DNA from: a virus
Taxonomy: Duplodnaviria > Caudoviricetes
DNA length: 64,000 bases
IMG/VR virus record: IMGVR_UViG_3300028381_000129
Location: 2,821 to 66,820 of that record
Strand: one strand, 5' to 3'
Below the pieces are notes generated by a model. It did not search any database and was not told the origin of the DNA. It saw only the letters and a list, made by a program, of their open reading frames with translations. Below, one piece after another: positions 36,612-47,660 of this stretch; position 1 is the stretch's first letter; each line of letters opens with the position of its first letter. Made by a program: the position numbers and the translations under genes.

Positions 36612-37106
36612 TCAGTTGATCGGAGTATACTTCAGACTGTTACTGGAGACGTAGTTGGCGGCCTGGTCCGGACTTTGACCCTCGACGACAGCCCGTGAAC
36701 GGGACCGATCAGCCAAAGTGGTGTTATAGGACTGAATCTGGTTCGCCAGGTTGGCATTCGAGAATTTCTTCTGGAACTCGAACTGCTTGTTGGCGAGGCT
36801 CAGGGCCTTGAATGATCCCCAGAGATTGCCGATCGTGCCGAGGCCGTTGAGCATTGCTCCGATCTTCTGGGCACCATTGGCACCACCCCAGAAACCACCA
36901 CCGTCGTTGGAGCCGAGGAAGCCACCACCGATCTTGGGCATGTTCGGGTTGATCCAGGAGCTCTGGTCACCGACGGAAAGACCGCCCATCCCGGAAGCCA
37001 CGCTCTCGGGAATGTAGGGCATTCCTGCGCCAGGGTTGCCGGCAAGGACGTTAAAATCGTCGAAGCTGCGGGCAAAAGCTGGAGTCGCAATCCCGTTATT
37101 GTTCAT
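36612..37106 (-). CDS. Virion protein (N4 gp52-like)
   Basis: Gly-rich; C-terminal ANLANQIQSYNTTLADR; synteny. Confidence 0.7.
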   Translation of the reverse strand: MNNNGIATPAFARSFDDFNVLAGNPGAGMPYIPESVASGMGGLSVGDQSSWINPNMPKIGGGFLGSNDGGGFWGGANGAQKIGAMLNGLGTIGNLWGSFKALSLANKQFEFQKKFSNANLANQIQSYNTTLADRSRSRAVVEGQSPDQAANYVSSNSLKYTPIN

Positions 37107-37117
37107 GGCCAGCGCCC

Positions 37118-39334
37118 TTAACTTAGGAATAAATCAGTGGTCAGCGAGATATCTGTGAAGTTGTTTAGCATAGTCAAGCTCATGTCAGCAATATCCGAGC
37201 CAGTCATCAGGGTGCGAGACAGGAATGAGTTTGGTGACTCCAAACTTATCTCCGCATTCATGATGCCCATCGGATCGAGAACCCCACCTTCAAAACCGAA
37301 GGTTTGAAGATATTTATTCTGAATTTCGAGAGACTGCCGACCGGCACGATCAACGAGATCCTGCGTTTCCTCAATGACGCTGGTAGCCTTGTCCTGGATG
37401 TACGCTGAGATCCCGTTGCCGACAGCCGAGGTCAGCTTGAGGATGTTGACGGCCGAGCTGAGGTTGCCGAACGTCGAGGCGAACATTGCTGAGAAATTTC
37501 CGGCAAACAGATCGTGGAAATCACCAACAATCGCGGCTGAGACTAGGGTTGCTAAGAACGCACCGAAGGCTTCTCCAAACAGGGCAGTTGTGATTGGCTT
37601 CAGAATGGCAGTCAGGATCATAGCGGCAATGGCATTGATCACCGAGGCGACGATGATTGCCAGCAACCCGGTGATACCGATTGCAGCTGTTGCAGCCATA
37701 CCGATCGATAGTGCGATGCTCTCCGGACCCAGAATGAGCGTGGCAACCACGATGATGGCTACAGTGATAATGAAATTGAATAATCCGCTGAGAAAGCTGG
37801 TGTGCTTCTCGACGTAGCAGTTGATGACCAGGTAAGCGCAGGCAGTAATCATTTGGGTAGTGTCGACCATCGACATCGACTTCAGGGTCGTCTCGTGCAG
37901 AGGCACAATGAACCCGGATTCGTGATCATCGGCAATTCCGTCGATCAGCTTGATGTCGACAGCATGACCTTTATGAATGTAATTGAACTGCCTCATCCCG
38001 ATAATCGACAGACGGGTCCATTGGCTGTCATCAATCTGGTGATAGAGGTAGACCCGATTAAAGATCAGCTGAGCTGCAAAAGAATCGCTGTATTTGCCAA
38101 TCGGTGAAGTCATGACATCCGGGGTCCTGGCCTCGAACCAAACATCATCCTTTTTGGCTCCAGTCTTGCCTAGACCGGCGCCGGTTTCTTCTTCGATCGA
38201 GACCCACATGATCTCAATATCGTAGTTGGTATCGAGAGTCCCGGAGCCCCTGATCTTGAAGCTGTTTAACGGAAAGCCTGGAAGCGCCGGGTGGTATGGT
38301 TCCGGTGTCCCATAGAGAGGATCAGTAATGTCGCTTTGTGCCGTATTCCATGTTTGCCATGTGGTGTTGGCATCCACGAAGGTCGTGAACTGTGCACGAA
38401 AATTGGTATACTCGCTTCCAGAATTTTCGTTTTGACGGTCCATCAACAGCTTGAAAAAGTTGTAGATGTATTTCCTGCTGGCATTCTCCAGAGTGTTTAC
38501 CGAGACACCAAACATAACATAGGCGTAGTCCATGTCATCGAGGTGCTCATTTTCGGCAAGCTGGTCGATCAACTTGTCGAGCTTCTGGCTAGTGGCCTTC
38601 CGAAATGCCTTCTTGGCCAGCGCATAGGCATCAGGATGATAGGTATCGGACAGGAAGTTGTTGTCGATTCTCACAGGGATAAAGGGGTAGAACTCCTTCG
38701 CGCTTGGGGCATGGACCGTCTGGATTGCATCCAGCGTCGTGTTGCCTGAACCAAAGGCATAGATGAACACCCCGTTGTCTGTGCTAGCGTCGATATCTGC
38801 GGTCGAGTAGAGTGCGTAGATATACTGAGCAGCCTCATCGAAACCGATCGGGGTAAAGCTATGGATCGAGGTGTCGGCAAACGTGACCGTGATCTGCCCG
38901 GAAACCCGATCATAGGTTGAGGTCCAGCCCGACGAATACTCGAAGGGGTAGTTTTCCGTGATCCACTGACCAGCCCACCAGGTATGATCTGCGGCCCCGA
39001 AGTCGATCTTTTGCAGGACAACAGCTTCACCAATTTCCAGCTCGATCTGGCCTTTGATGATGGTGTTGTTCGCGCTTTCAGCGGTGATCAGTTGAGCAGT
39101 GGGCATTCCGATCAAATCGTAATGATCATATGCCCAATCGAAGAATTGTCGGAGCTTGATCCGGGGACCATGGAGGTAGCCGCTGCTGATGACATCAGCC
39201 AGATCGAGCTTGGGGGTGGTGAGAAAGTGTCCGAGGACCGTGGTTTTCAGGTAGTTCGGGCGCTTGGTCTCATCCCCGGCCAGATTGCTTGCAACCGAGG
39301 AGACATAGATCGTGGTGCCACCAAACAGCCCCAC
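37118..39334 (-). CDS. Structural protein (N4 gp53-like)
   Basis: MGLFGG..IYVSS N-terminus, central hydrophobic stretch, synteny. Confidence 0.75.
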   Translation of the reverse strand: MGLFGGTTIYVSSVASNLAGDETKRPNYLKTTVLGHFLTTPKLDLADVISSGYLHGPRIKLRQFFDWAYDHYDLIGMPTAQLITAESANNTIIKGQIELEIGEAVVLQKIDFGAADHTWWAGQWITENYPFEYSSGWTSTYDRVSGQITVTFADTSIHSFTPIGFDEAAQYIYALYSTADIDASTDNGVFIYAFGSGNTTLDAIQTVHAPSAKEFYPFIPVRIDNNFLSDTYHPDAYALAKKAFRKATSQKLDKLIDQLAENEHLDDMDYAYVMFGVSVNTLENASRKYIYNFFKLLMDRQNENSGSEYTNFRAQFTTFVDANTTWQTWNTAQSDITDPLYGTPEPYHPALPGFPLNSFKIRGSGTLDTNYDIEIMWVSIEEETGAGLGKTGAKKDDVWFEARTPDVMTSPIGKYSDSFAAQLIFNRVYLYHQIDDSQWTRLSIIGMRQFNYIHKGHAVDIKLIDGIADDHESGFIVPLHETTLKSMSMVDTTQMITACAYLVINCYVEKHTSFLSGLFNFIITVAIIVVATLILGPESIALSIGMAATAAIGITGLLAIIVASVINAIAAMILTAILKPITTALFGEAFGAFLATLVSAAIVGDFHDLFAGNFSAMFASTFGNLSSAVNILKLTSAVGNGISAYIQDKATSVIEETQDLVDRAGRQSLEIQNKYLQTFGFEGGVLDPMGIMNAEISLESPNSFLSRTLMTGSDIADMSLTMLNNFTDISLTTDLFLS

Positions 39335-39337
39335 CGA

Positions 39338-40024
39338 TCAAACCAGGCCGTTGTTGGTCTTGATCGCCGAGAGCACGGTATCGAGGCTGGCATTGGTGAA
39401 GCCAGTCGGAGGCACGAGGCCCTCATCGATCGTCTTCATGGCGATCCAGGCATCAGAGAAGATCTTGGCGGTCTTGTTCTCCGCATCTCGCTGATAGGAC
39501 GTGATCTGCTGGGTGTAGAGCGACTTTTGCTTGCCGAGCACACCAGTGACCGGATTTCCATCGAGACGAGTGTCGCTGGTCTGGGCACGCTGGGTCTCAG
39601 CCTGTTCGGTAGCGAGCTGGAGTTGCTTGGGCAGGATGTTGTCGAGGGTGAACTTGCCCGAACCGAAGGTGACATCCTCGGTGGCAATCTTGGCCTTAGC
39701 GAGGGCGTAGGCAGCCTGTTGGGCCATAGCCTGCCAATAGGCGTTTTCCTGACCCAGGAGGAACTGGACAGCATTGCCGAGTGCCGCCTCAGTGAGGGCA
39801 ACATAGGCCTTGGCATATTCGGCACCGGTAATCCGACCGGCGCTGTACTCACGCTGCAAGGAGGCATCGACTGCCCGCATCAGGACCTCAAAGGTCCCGG
39901 TGCCATCGACAGCCCCAGTGGACAGTTTCTCGTTGGTCGGGCGCACCACCAGGTTAGTGGGCGGCGTGCTGTCAATCAGGGACGGCAGCAGCGAGTTGGC
40001 GAGAGTTTCTGAACCAGAGGACAT
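39338..40024 (-). CDS. Structural protein (N4 gp54-like)
   Basis: GTGTFEVLMRAV...GRITGAEYAKAY, QITSYQRDAE, TIDEG..PP; synteny. Confidence 0.8.
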   Translation of the reverse strand: MSSGSETLANSLLPSLIDSTPPTNLVVRPTNEKLSTGAVDGTGTFEVLMRAVDASLQREYSAGRITGAEYAKAYVALTEAALGNAVQFLLGQENAYWQAMAQQAAYALAKAKIATEDVTFGSGKFTLDNILPKQLQLATEQAETQRAQTSDTRLDGNPVTGVLGKQKSLYTQQITSYQRDAENKTAKIFSDAWIAMKTIDEGLVPPTGFTNASLDTVLSAIKTNNGLV

Positions 40025-40051
40025 GTCGATGGCTTTCGGTCGGTATCAGGA

Positions 40052-40711
40052 TCAGACCAGAAGGTCAGCGTTGGTCTTGTCGATGCTACCGGCAGCAGCC
40101 TGAGCCGTAGCCAGCTGAGCGAGTTCGATCTCCGTGAGCTGCGGGAGCACTTCCAGAGCGAACTCCTTGGCCCAGGTTGACTCGGTGCGGTTCGCACCAG
40201 TGCGGCGATCTTTGACGGTCCGGATGTTCAGGAATCGGCGTTCTTCCAGGAACCGGAAGATGCAATAGGGCACATGGTAACCGTCGTCTGTTTCTTCCCC
40301 GAAGGGGACATATTTGCGAACGGTGCCGATGTATTCATTGGCGACCGTGAACACCTCACCAGGTAGATCCTTCTTTTTCGGATCCATGCAGGTGATACGA
40401 ACACGGACGAGGGCCATCTGCTTGGCGAGGATCTCTTCGCGCAACGTCAGCTTGCGTTGCACCGGGGTCTCGCCGAGCGGGTTGATTTCGTCGATGGGGT
40501 TCTCATCGCCATCATCACCCTCGTCGCCCGCTTCTTCGCCGTTGAGCTTGTCTTCGATGCGCTTGCGCAGGCTCTCGACGCCGATGTTGTTGGAGAAAGT
40601 GATCCCCATCAGCTTGGCACGTTCCTTGAGAACGGCGAGCTCGTCGACACCCGGGAGCGGGAGAACGGTCTGAGTCTCGTTGGCGGGGTCGGTGTTCTGT
40701 TCTTCGGACAC
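40052..40711 (-). CDS. N4 gp55-like protein
   Basis: LKERAKLMGITFSNNIGVESLR, LVRVRITCMDPKKKDLPGE, KEFALEVLP. Confidence 0.8.
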   Translation of the reverse strand: MSEEQNTDPANETQTVLPLPGVDELAVLKERAKLMGITFSNNIGVESLRKRIEDKLNGEEAGDEGDDGDENPIDEINPLGETPVQRKLTLREEILAKQMALVRVRITCMDPKKKDLPGEVFTVANEYIGTVRKYVPFGEETDDGYHVPYCIFRFLEERRFLNIRTVKDRRTGANRTESTWAKEFALEVLPQLTEIELAQLATAQAAAGSIDKTNADLLV

Positions 40712-40735
40712 GGATGTTATCCTTGAGTATGGGAA

Positions 40736-40772
40736 AAAGTAGAAAATGGGGGAACCAAGCAGGCTCCCCCAT
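40736..40772 (-). terminator. Intrinsic terminator downstream of the major capsid gene
   Basis: Minus strand reads ATGGGGGAGCC-TGCTT-GGTTCCCCCAT-TTTCTACTTTTT. Confidence 0.8.
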
Positions 40773-40792
40773 CTCCCTGGATCAGATCATGA

Positions 40793-41983
40793 TCAGAGCG
40801 GAGCGACCGTCTTGATCATGCCGATGCGTTCCGGCCGCTTGCAGAGGAACCCATAATACCACTTGATCGAGCTGAAGCCCGTCTCGCCGTAGGGGTCGTT
40901 GCGGTCGGCCGTTTCGTTGCCGGGCATCTTGGTGGTGACCGAGAACTTCACCGTCTTCCCGTCGGTCTGGAAACCGATGGTGGTGAAGCTGTCGTCACCG
41001 ATGACCAGCATCGGGTAGACGTTGTACTTGCCGCCGGAAGCCCGGTAGCCCGGGTTGGTGCCGACGTTGGCACCCACACCATCCCAGTGCAGCATTTCCG
41101 GAACCTGGATGATCCGGAACTGATCGATCGAACCGATCTCACCGTTCAGGATGGTGCCGGCGTCGCCGTAGTGCTGGACCGAGATGAAGGCCGGGTTGTT
41201 GAACTGGTCCTTCATACCCTTGACGAGCGTGACCAGCTCCGAGCCGATGTACATCACACGGCAGGCAGCGACCGTCTTGGTATCGATCAGACGCGAACCA
41301 GTGATGACAGTGGTCTGCCGGGGTGTGCGGTTATCGGTCAGGATCTGATCGAGCCGCATCAGGTTCGAGTAGCTGACGATGGTCGGCGTGCTGCCTTCGG
41401 CAGTGACATCGCCGTTGGCAGCAGCAGCACCAGCGTAAACGATGACGCCAGCAGAAGCGAGAAGGTCCTTTTGGAGGACAGCCTCGGTCAGCTGAACGGC
41501 ACCGTTGGTGAGCTCACGGGAAAGGTTCGACATCAGCTCGGCATCCGAGTCGAAGTCCATGGTTTCCTGGGTGAACTCGGTGAAGAAGCCGAACTTGTAG
41601 ATCGAGCCTTCACGCTGGAGACGGGTGAAGCCGACGCGATTCACGCGGCCACCATTCTCGGTCAGGGTCGGAAGCTTGCCGGTGATGGTGCCCACGTCGC
41701 GGCTCGACCCGTAAAGGTTGCCGTTGGAGATGGTCACACCGGAAGCATCGATACCCTGATCGCTGACGTTGCGGTCATCGAGCAGCGGGACATACTGGTA
41801 GACCTTGATGGTCTTACCGAAGTTCTTCGGCATCGAGACCACATCAGCCAGCGGCATGAAATACTGGTCCTTGCGGGCATCGATGATCGCCTTCTTCAGA
41901 TAGTAGAAGGTGTTCATCTGGTTGGCATTGCCACCAGTGTCGATGCCCGACTTCGTGGTCGGGGGAGCATTGTAGTTCAGCAT
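40793..41983 (-). CDS. Major capsid protein (N4 gp56-like)
   Basis: 396 aa; [44 protein letters not shown]. Confidence 0.95.
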   Translation of the reverse strand: MLNYNAPPTTKSGIDTGGNANQMNTFYYLKKAIIDARKDQYFMPLADVVSMPKNFGKTIKVYQYVPLLDDRNVSDQGIDASGVTISNGNLYGSSRDVGTITGKLPTLTENGGRVNRVGFTRLQREGSIYKFGFFTEFTQETMDFDSDAELMSNLSRELTNGAVQLTEAVLQKDLLASAGVIVYAGAAAANGDVTAEGSTPTIVSYSNLMRLDQILTDNRTPRQTTVITGSRLIDTKTVAACRVMYIGSELVTLVKGMKDQFNNPAFISVQHYGDAGTILNGEIGSIDQFRIIQVPEMLHWDGVGANVGTNPGYRASGGKYNVYPMLVIGDDSFTTIGFQTDGKTVKFSVTTKMPGNETADRNDPYGETGFSSIKWYYGFLCKRPERIGMIKTVAPL

Positions 41984-42029
41984 TGCAAAGTATCCCTGAA
42001 CCTTGGCTCGACCCTATTCTCGTTGGGGG

Positions 42030-43241
42030 TCAGAGCCGTCCGTTCCATTGCTTCAGAAAGTCATCATCCGACATCGCGAGCGGATTGATTTCAGTCTTCG
42101 GCGGAGTGGCGTTGCCCCTTGAGGGAGATGCTGCGGCTGCCTTGTCGCTGTTCGTGATCGGGCTTTTCGGGGTTGCGGCTCGGGTAGCGAGAACCTGTGG
42201 CGCTTCAGGTTCCAACTTCGGCGCGACATTGCCCTGACCGGTCTTGGCATTGTGCTCGGCAACGAGCTGATCGCCGACGGTCTGGTAGGCCTCAAGAAAC
42301 GGCGTACTGGCGGGAAGCTTGCCCAGGGTGATCTGCCGGTCCACCTCGGCAACGATCGTGGCATAAACGCCAGATTCTCGTTGCTCTTGGATCGCTGTCA
42401 GGATCTGCGGGTGCTGCCACAGCGCCTCTTTGCTGACATTATCCCAACGGTCATTGATGTCCTGTAGGGTTTCCTTGCCGGCCGAAGTGGAGCTGAGCTC
42501 TTCCAACGCGGAACGGAAATTGACCTCCTGGTCAGTGACCTGGTGATTGCCACCAAGGTAGGCGGGGTCGGTCGAGGTATCGATATCCAGAGGGTCGATA
42601 CCACGATCTTTGATGAACTTCTTGACCGCCTCCGGATTGCCCTTGTCCAGATCAATCAGGAACGAGAGCTTGTCGGGGTCGAGAAGACCATTGTTTTGGA
42701 GCATCAGCAGCGTCTTGCGATGCGGCTGAAGCTCTTGCATCTTGCGGGTGTAGTTCGCACCCATCTGCATGAGCGCCACGGCTTCTTCCGGGGACTTGGG
42801 CTCGATCATCTTCCCGTTCGCTTTGAACGGTTTCATGATCAGCTCGAAGCCAGCCTTATAGTCGATCGGCTCCGGATCCTTGGGCGCTTCACCCTCAGTC
42901 TTGGCCAGCTCAGAACCGGTCTCGGCGGCAGTCTCACCAGTCTTGGTGTCGGCAGTGCTCTCACCGCCAGCAACCTGACCTTCGGTGGTCGTGGTAGTCT
43001 CAGTGGTGGTGGTTTCGGTATTGGCACCGGCGCCGGTTTCGGTTGCACCAGCTTCGGTCGAGCCGGCTGCGCCGCTCTCCTCGCTGGTTCCACCATCACC
43101 GGACGCCTGGTCAGCAGAGGAAGTGTTGTCAGGAACAGCCGGAGCTGACGGTTCATCCACCACCGCCTCAGCAGCCGGATCGTTCAGCTTGAGGAAGTCC
43201 TCATCGGACATTCCCAGCACTTCCTCAGGGGTATCAGCCAT
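42030..43241 (-). CDS. N4 gp57-like protein (scaffold-like; often labelled tape measure)
   Basis: MSDEDFL repeated at both ends, acidic low-complexity N-half, KPFKANG, MQMGANYTRKMQ. Confidence 0.8.
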   Translation of the reverse strand: MADTPEEVLGMSDEDFLKLNDPAAEAVVDEPSAPAVPDNTSSADQASGDGGTSEESGAAGSTEAGATETGAGANTETTTTETTTTTEGQVAGGESTADTKTGETAAETGSELAKTEGEAPKDPEPIDYKAGFELIMKPFKANGKMIEPKSPEEAVALMQMGANYTRKMQELQPHRKTLLMLQNNGLLDPDKLSFLIDLDKGNPEAVKKFIKDRGIDPLDIDTSTDPAYLGGNHQVTDQEVNFRSALEELSSTSAGKETLQDINDRWDNVSKEALWQHPQILTAIQEQRESGVYATIVAEVDRQITLGKLPASTPFLEAYQTVGDQLVAEHNAKTGQGNVAPKLEPEAPQVLATRAATPKSPITNSDKAAAASPSRGNATPPKTEINPLAMSDDDFLKQWNGRL

Positions 43242-43594
43242 CAGTTGGCATCCCCATCATCCAAGCCTTCTTCGGAGCGGGCTTCGTCGATCGCTTCTTC
43301 GATCTGGCCGATCTCTTTCTCGGCGACAGCACCCATCTGGACCACTACCGACAGGTAGCGACGTAGGTGACCAGCAGCCTGAGCAATCGCCAGCGAATCG
43401 GCACGGTCACTGGCATTCAGTGCAGGGTTGGCCGAGTTCTGAGCGTAGCGAGCGCACTCCTGAACGCAGAACTCATCGAGGATCAGCGACTTGAAGTCCC
43501 GGTTGGAGGCGAGACGGACAGCTGCATCCCGGCGCTTGACCAGGGTCTTGGCATCCTTGAGCTGATCTTCGAGTGCATCGATTTCGAGGTTCAT
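43241..43594 (-). CDS. N4 gp58-like protein
   Basis: RLASNRDFKSLILDEF; position between portal and gp57. Confidence 0.75.
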   Translation of the reverse strand: MNLEIDALEDQLKDAKTLVKRRDAAVRLASNRDFKSLILDEFCVQECARYAQNSANPALNASDRADSLAIAQAAGHLRRYLSVVVQMGAVAEKEIGQIEEAIDEARSEEGLDDGDAN

Positions 43595-43675
43595 GAGAGT
43601 GAGTGCCCTTAGATTTCTCGTTTAACAGGGCAAACTCTGAAAATGTCTTGCCCTTAGTTAGCCTAAATCTCTTCT

Positions 43676-45949
43676 TTACCCGAGATTGTCAACGGGCAAC
43701 GGAAGTTCAGGCGAACTAAGTTTAGGTGGACTGCCGGTCAGTTGGTTATAACCGATGGCTGCCTCAATGTCTGGCTGGGTGGTATCGGGCTTCCTCGGCG
43801 TGGTCAGCGCCTTGGTCACAGCCAGTTCCTTGTTGCCCTGAGCCTGACCCTCTTGCAGATCGATGTTGCGGGCATGTTCGATACCATTGGCTTGCTCATG
43901 AGCATCGAGAGCCTTCTGATTTGCACCAGCACTGGCTTCCTGAGCCTTGGCATCATTGAGCCGGATGCGAGAACGTAGTTCTTCGACCTCAGCCATTGCC
44001 TTATCCAGCTCAGCCTGGCGAAGAGCTTGCGTGATCGGATCGGGCTTGGGCTGGTATGTCCGCAACTTATGTTCGAGCTCTGGCATACGCTTGAGCCGAC
44101 AGATTTCGGCCAGGATCATCAGAGTGATGCTGACATCGACGGTGTTGCCCAACGTCTGGAGCATGAACGCCAAATCCTGAGACTGGGCGTTGTCGACTTC
44201 GGCAGTCGAGATATCAACATCGAGATCGAAGTTGCCAGCCAGATCTTCCCGGTTGATCGTGGCGAAGTGGTCTTCCAGCTTGGGACCGCCATTGTGGCCC
44301 ATGCCCGGACTTTCAGTGCCATCGTCCTGTTTGGGCGACAGTGGTACGAACGGGGCATTGGTAATCCGGATGACTTCCCTGTCCGACAGGAACTCGGCAT
44401 TCATCGCAGCGATCTTGTTGCCGACTTCGACCATGCCCTGAGCCAGACGACGCAAGATGTTCATCTCGCGCTTCGAGGCAGCATCCAGAGCACCACGGAT
44501 CCCGGCAGCAACATCGCCATAGGATTCCCCGGAGATGCCGCCAGAGAAGCTTTTGACCCCCGACAGCGCCTCAGCATCCTGGTTCTGGAGATTGAGCATC
44601 ATCAGAGCCGACTGAGGCAATTCCGGATACTGATGAGTGATCAGACCCTGGGCCGGCGATAGGTTCGGGTTGAACTCGTAATCCTGGCCGTTGTCGTAGC
44701 GCCGGCGGTTGAGCGGATCGAGCATCCCCTTGGCAAAGCCCTGCTGGGCATTGGCAGAGCGACCAAGCAGATCGATCATGCCCCTCATCAGGGCACCGAG
44801 GATCTTCTGATTGTCTTCGAGCAGCTCGGCGTCAGGCTCACCATAGAGCTCACGCTTGACCGGCAAATAGGGAACCAGAACGAAGGGGAGCTTCTGGTCC
44901 GGGAACGGGTTGAGCTCCATGCGGATCAGGACATTACCGATCCAGGTGGCAACGAACGGGATCAATTCACCCTTGTTGTGGATGTCCCAGAAACCCCAGT
45001 ATTCGTAGGCCACCACCCGCTTGCGCAGGGCATCGTTGAACTGGAAGTCATTCGGTGTGCGGGTCTCGTGATCAGGTGTGGTCAGAGGACCAGCACTATC
45101 CCAGAGCACAGCATCGAGATTTTTGTAACGCTTGCCTTCAGCAAGCAGATCGGCCTTCGAGGTCTCGAAAGAGACGATGATGAACTTGGCCTTGGCCAGA
45201 TCACCCTGGCAGGATGGATCGATGATGACATTGCGGAGGTCCATGACCTCCACCGTCGGCCGGTTCTCGATCGGCTGCTCAATTTCCTGGGTTGTGGTCC
45301 CGGTCTGCTGGGCAACGGCAGCCTGCTGGGTTTCTTCGTAGTAATCGACCGCCGCCTTCAGCTCAGGGGGGATCGAGTTTTCGTATCCTTCGGGATTGTC
45401 CTGCTTGAGCTGGACTGCCTGCTGGAGAGCCTGAGCCTGTTCCTGGTTCTGGATCGTATAGTAGGTCCATACCGGAACCTGCTGCTTGATCTTGACTGTA
45501 CGGCGGAGCCAGCCAAGCCGGATGATCGAGGTGCCATCATCGACGGTCGAACGGACAAAATCATCAACGAACTTGATCCGGTTGAGTTTGTTCCGGAACT
45601 GGTAGTTGAGCACCATCTCATTTTGGCGAGCGGCATCAGCATCCTCCCAGGTCGAGGGCTTAACCTGGAACAGCTTGTGTGAATTGAGGAAAGGCTCAGC
45701 CAGCGAGGAGTAGCGCCATTCAGCCTGACGCCGGACCAGCTTGGGCTGGACCGATGAACGTCCATTGACCTTCTTGGGCTTCGATTGGCCCCTGACCTTC
45801 AGCAGGTCATTCCACTCGGAAACTCGGGCAATATGGGCATCGTGTGGGGGTTTGGCTGCCCGGTAGTCATCCATCAGCTTACCCAGCGTGGGCTCATTGG
45901 CCCAATCGGTGAGCTTTACTGCTGGAGCCTGACTTTCCTGCATGGACAT
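43676..45949 (-). CDS. Portal protein (N4 gp59-like)
   Basis: 757 aa; [38 protein letters not shown]. Confidence 0.93.
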   Translation of the reverse strand: MSMQESQAPAVKLTDWANEPTLGKLMDDYRAAKPPHDAHIARVSEWNDLLKVRGQSKPKKVNGRSSVQPKLVRRQAEWRYSSLAEPFLNSHKLFQVKPSTWEDADAARQNEMVLNYQFRNKLNRIKFVDDFVRSTVDDGTSIIRLGWLRRTVKIKQQVPVWTYYTIQNQEQAQALQQAVQLKQDNPEGYENSIPPELKAAVDYYEETQQAAVAQQTGTTTQEIEQPIENRPTVEVMDLRNVIIDPSCQGDLAKAKFIIVSFETSKADLLAEGKRYKNLDAVLWDSAGPLTTPDHETRTPNDFQFNDALRKRVVAYEYWGFWDIHNKGELIPFVATWIGNVLIRMELNPFPDQKLPFVLVPYLPVKRELYGEPDAELLEDNQKILGALMRGMIDLLGRSANAQQGFAKGMLDPLNRRRYDNGQDYEFNPNLSPAQGLITHQYPELPQSALMMLNLQNQDAEALSGVKSFSGGISGESYGDVAAGIRGALDAASKREMNILRRLAQGMVEVGNKIAAMNAEFLSDREVIRITNAPFVPLSPKQDDGTESPGMGHNGGPKLEDHFATINREDLAGNFDLDVDISTAEVDNAQSQDLAFMLQTLGNTVDVSITLMILAEICRLKRMPELEHKLRTYQPKPDPITQALRQAELDKAMAEVEELRSRIRLNDAKAQEASAGANQKALDAHEQANGIEHARNIDLQEGQAQGNKELAVTKALTTPRKPDTTQPDIEAAIGYNQLTGSPPKLSSPELPLPVDNLG

Positions 45950-46131
45950 TGCTTACACCTGAGACTGAGTTCCAGGTTAAGCGATATGCACTGAAAGTTA
46001 GGTGCGGTCCAGTTGAAGAATCGTCGTGCTAACTTGAGATCAGTGAATTGTCAGGATGATGCTGACGGGAATGAGTGCCATCGTGGTCAGGATGATAGCA
46101 AGAACGTGGGGAGCATAGCGTTCGTTACGTC

Positions 46132-46659
46132 TCACTGACTATCCTCCGAAACAGCAATACCAGCATCAATCAGAGCTTGGGCATCGACCTGCATTTGAGC
46201 TGCTTGGGCTGCGGCTGAGACGATGAGATCGTCGTCGGCTTTGGGACGGGAAACCATTCCGGTAGCTTCACCGGTGTGGTCATCGCTCGGGATAGGACGA
46301 TCGGTTCCGGGCAGATCGGGATTGCTGATCGGACATGGGTTCCGCATCCGGTGAGCATCAGCAGCAACCCGGACAGCAGCATAGTAGGCAGGCGCTTGGG
46401 CATCAGACTTCCTCGCGATTTCAGCACTCTTGCGGGCAGGTTCATGGTTCACTTCGGTCTGGTGCTTGGTTGCATCAGCCTGGGCGACGTGGATTTGGGT
46501 GATCTCGTCACGAACGCTATGCAGCCTCCAGAACAGGCCTCCAGAGAGAACCAGGAGGATGAGAGGCACCCAGCGTGGGATATTGACCGTCTTGCTCAGC
46601 CAGTCGCCAGCAGAGCGCCAGCCACGCCACATTTTGAAGGCAATCCAGAGCTCACTCAT
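46132..46659 (-). CDS. Inner-membrane spanin (Rz-like)
   Basis: N-terminal TM (WVPLILLVLSGGLFW), helical periplasmic region; last gene of the lysis cassette. Confidence 0.75.
   Translation of the reverse strand: MSELWIAFKMWRGWRSAGDWLSKTVNIPRWVPLILLVLSGGLFWRLHSVRDEITQIHVAQADATKHQTEVNHEPARKSAEIARKSDAQAPAYYAAVRVAADAHRMRNPCPISNPDLPGTDRPIPSDDHTGEATGMVSRPKADDDLIVSAAAQAAQMQVDAQALIDAGIAVSEDSQ
46170..46403 (-). CDS. Outer-membrane lipoprotein spanin (Rz1-like), embedded in the Rz gene
   Basis: Alternative frame inside Rz; lipobox LLMLTGC; Pro-rich mature part. Confidence 0.75.
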   Translation of the reverse strand: MPKRLPTMLLSGLLLMLTGCGTHVRSAIPICPEPIVLSRAMTTPVKLPEWFPVPKPTTISSSQPQPKQLKCRSMPKL

Positions 46660-46907
46660 GGCTGTGTTCCCTCGTTCTGGGCTTTAGCCACCTGGCGATC
46701 CTTGAGGGCAATCGCGCCGGCAGTGGCACCGAGACAGGCGACCAGACCAGCCGGGTAGGCAATGCAGAAGGTGTCGAAGGTTACCTGGACCCTACCGGTC
46801 CAAACCAGAGCCGGACCGGTAATGATGTAGGTCATCGTCCCGACCGTGCCCAAGATCCTTTGGATCTCGAACTGTCCATTGCCCTTTAAGGCTTCCATGA
46901 CGCTCAT
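46656..46907 (-). CDS. Holin-like two-TM protein
   Basis: 83 aa, two hydrophobic segments, basic C-terminus, ATGA overlaps with its neighbours. Confidence 0.6.
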   Translation of the reverse strand: MSVMEALKGNGQFEIQRILGTVGTMTYIITGPALVWTGRVQVTFDTFCIAYPAGLVACLGATAGAIALKDRQVAKAQNEGTQP

Positions 46908-47428
46908 GCTGCAACCATCCTGAGAGAGCGTGTCTGGATCCGATCACACCGTTTCAGCCATCCTTTCCCGTAGATTGAGAGGCCATCCAGCGACCTCAGG
47001 TAATCCCCGCGAGCTTGCATCAATCCAAGGATGACCTTGGACAATCCGAGCAGACGGGCCTTCTGTTGAAGAGCTGCCAGTGTTGCTGGACCGATCTGGC
47101 CATCAGGCTTGGCACCGATGGTGATCTGGAGGTATTTTGCAGCACGACCAGGACCACTGTTCACGGCGAAGTCAAACATGGCGAGGTCGAGCCCAGCAGG
47201 CAGGCTATCCCCTTTCACCTGGTTCCAATAGCGATCACGATACATCGGTCCGACCTTGGCCGGGGTCAGCTCACGCATGATCTTTTCGGTCACCGGTTTT
47301 CCGGTCCAGTCGGCCCAGGTATAACCAGTCACCCCAAGGTTGGTGATCCCCCCACGATCTCGCGGATCGTTGACGAAACCACCTTCCTCGCTGAGCAGGA
47401 TCGGCAGACAGATATCGAACCGGCTCAT
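46904..47428 (-). CDS. Endolysin, glycoside hydrolase family 108 with PG-binding domain
   Basis: EEGGFVNDPRDRGGITNLGVT, FDFAVNSGPGRA, GKGWLKR. Confidence 0.92.
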   Translation of the reverse strand: MSRFDICLPILLSEEGGFVNDPRDRGGITNLGVTGYTWADWTGKPVTEKIMRELTPAKVGPMYRDRYWNQVKGDSLPAGLDLAMFDFAVNSGPGRAAKYLQITIGAKPDGQIGPATLAALQQKARLLGLSKVILGLMQARGDYLRSLDGLSIYGKGWLKRCDRIQTRSLRMVAA

Positions 47429-47658
47429 TCGAGACTATCCACAATGACAGTCTCAGCAACCAGTGCGAGCTTGGATTTCCGCTTGTCCGAGAACTTCTCG
47501 ACATAGCGGAGCACCCACCATCCTAGTGTCAGGAGAGCAATCAGCAGCGTGATGATTGGCGTTGCCAGGGCTGCGAAGTGCGAGACCATGACAAAGATGG
47601 TGGAGATGGAAGCACCCAGATCCCCCAGGTGCTTCACGGTTTCGTGCGACCCAACCAT
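47425..47658 (-). CDS. Holin/antiholin-like membrane protein, 77 aa
   Basis: Hydrophobic segments and basic C-terminus, directly upstream of the endolysin; ATG 47658. Confidence 0.6.
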   Translation of the reverse strand: MVGSHETVKHLGDLGASISTIFVMVSHFAALATPIITLLIALLTLGWWVLRYVEKFSDKRKSKLALVAETVIVDSLE

Positions 47659-47660
47659 CT

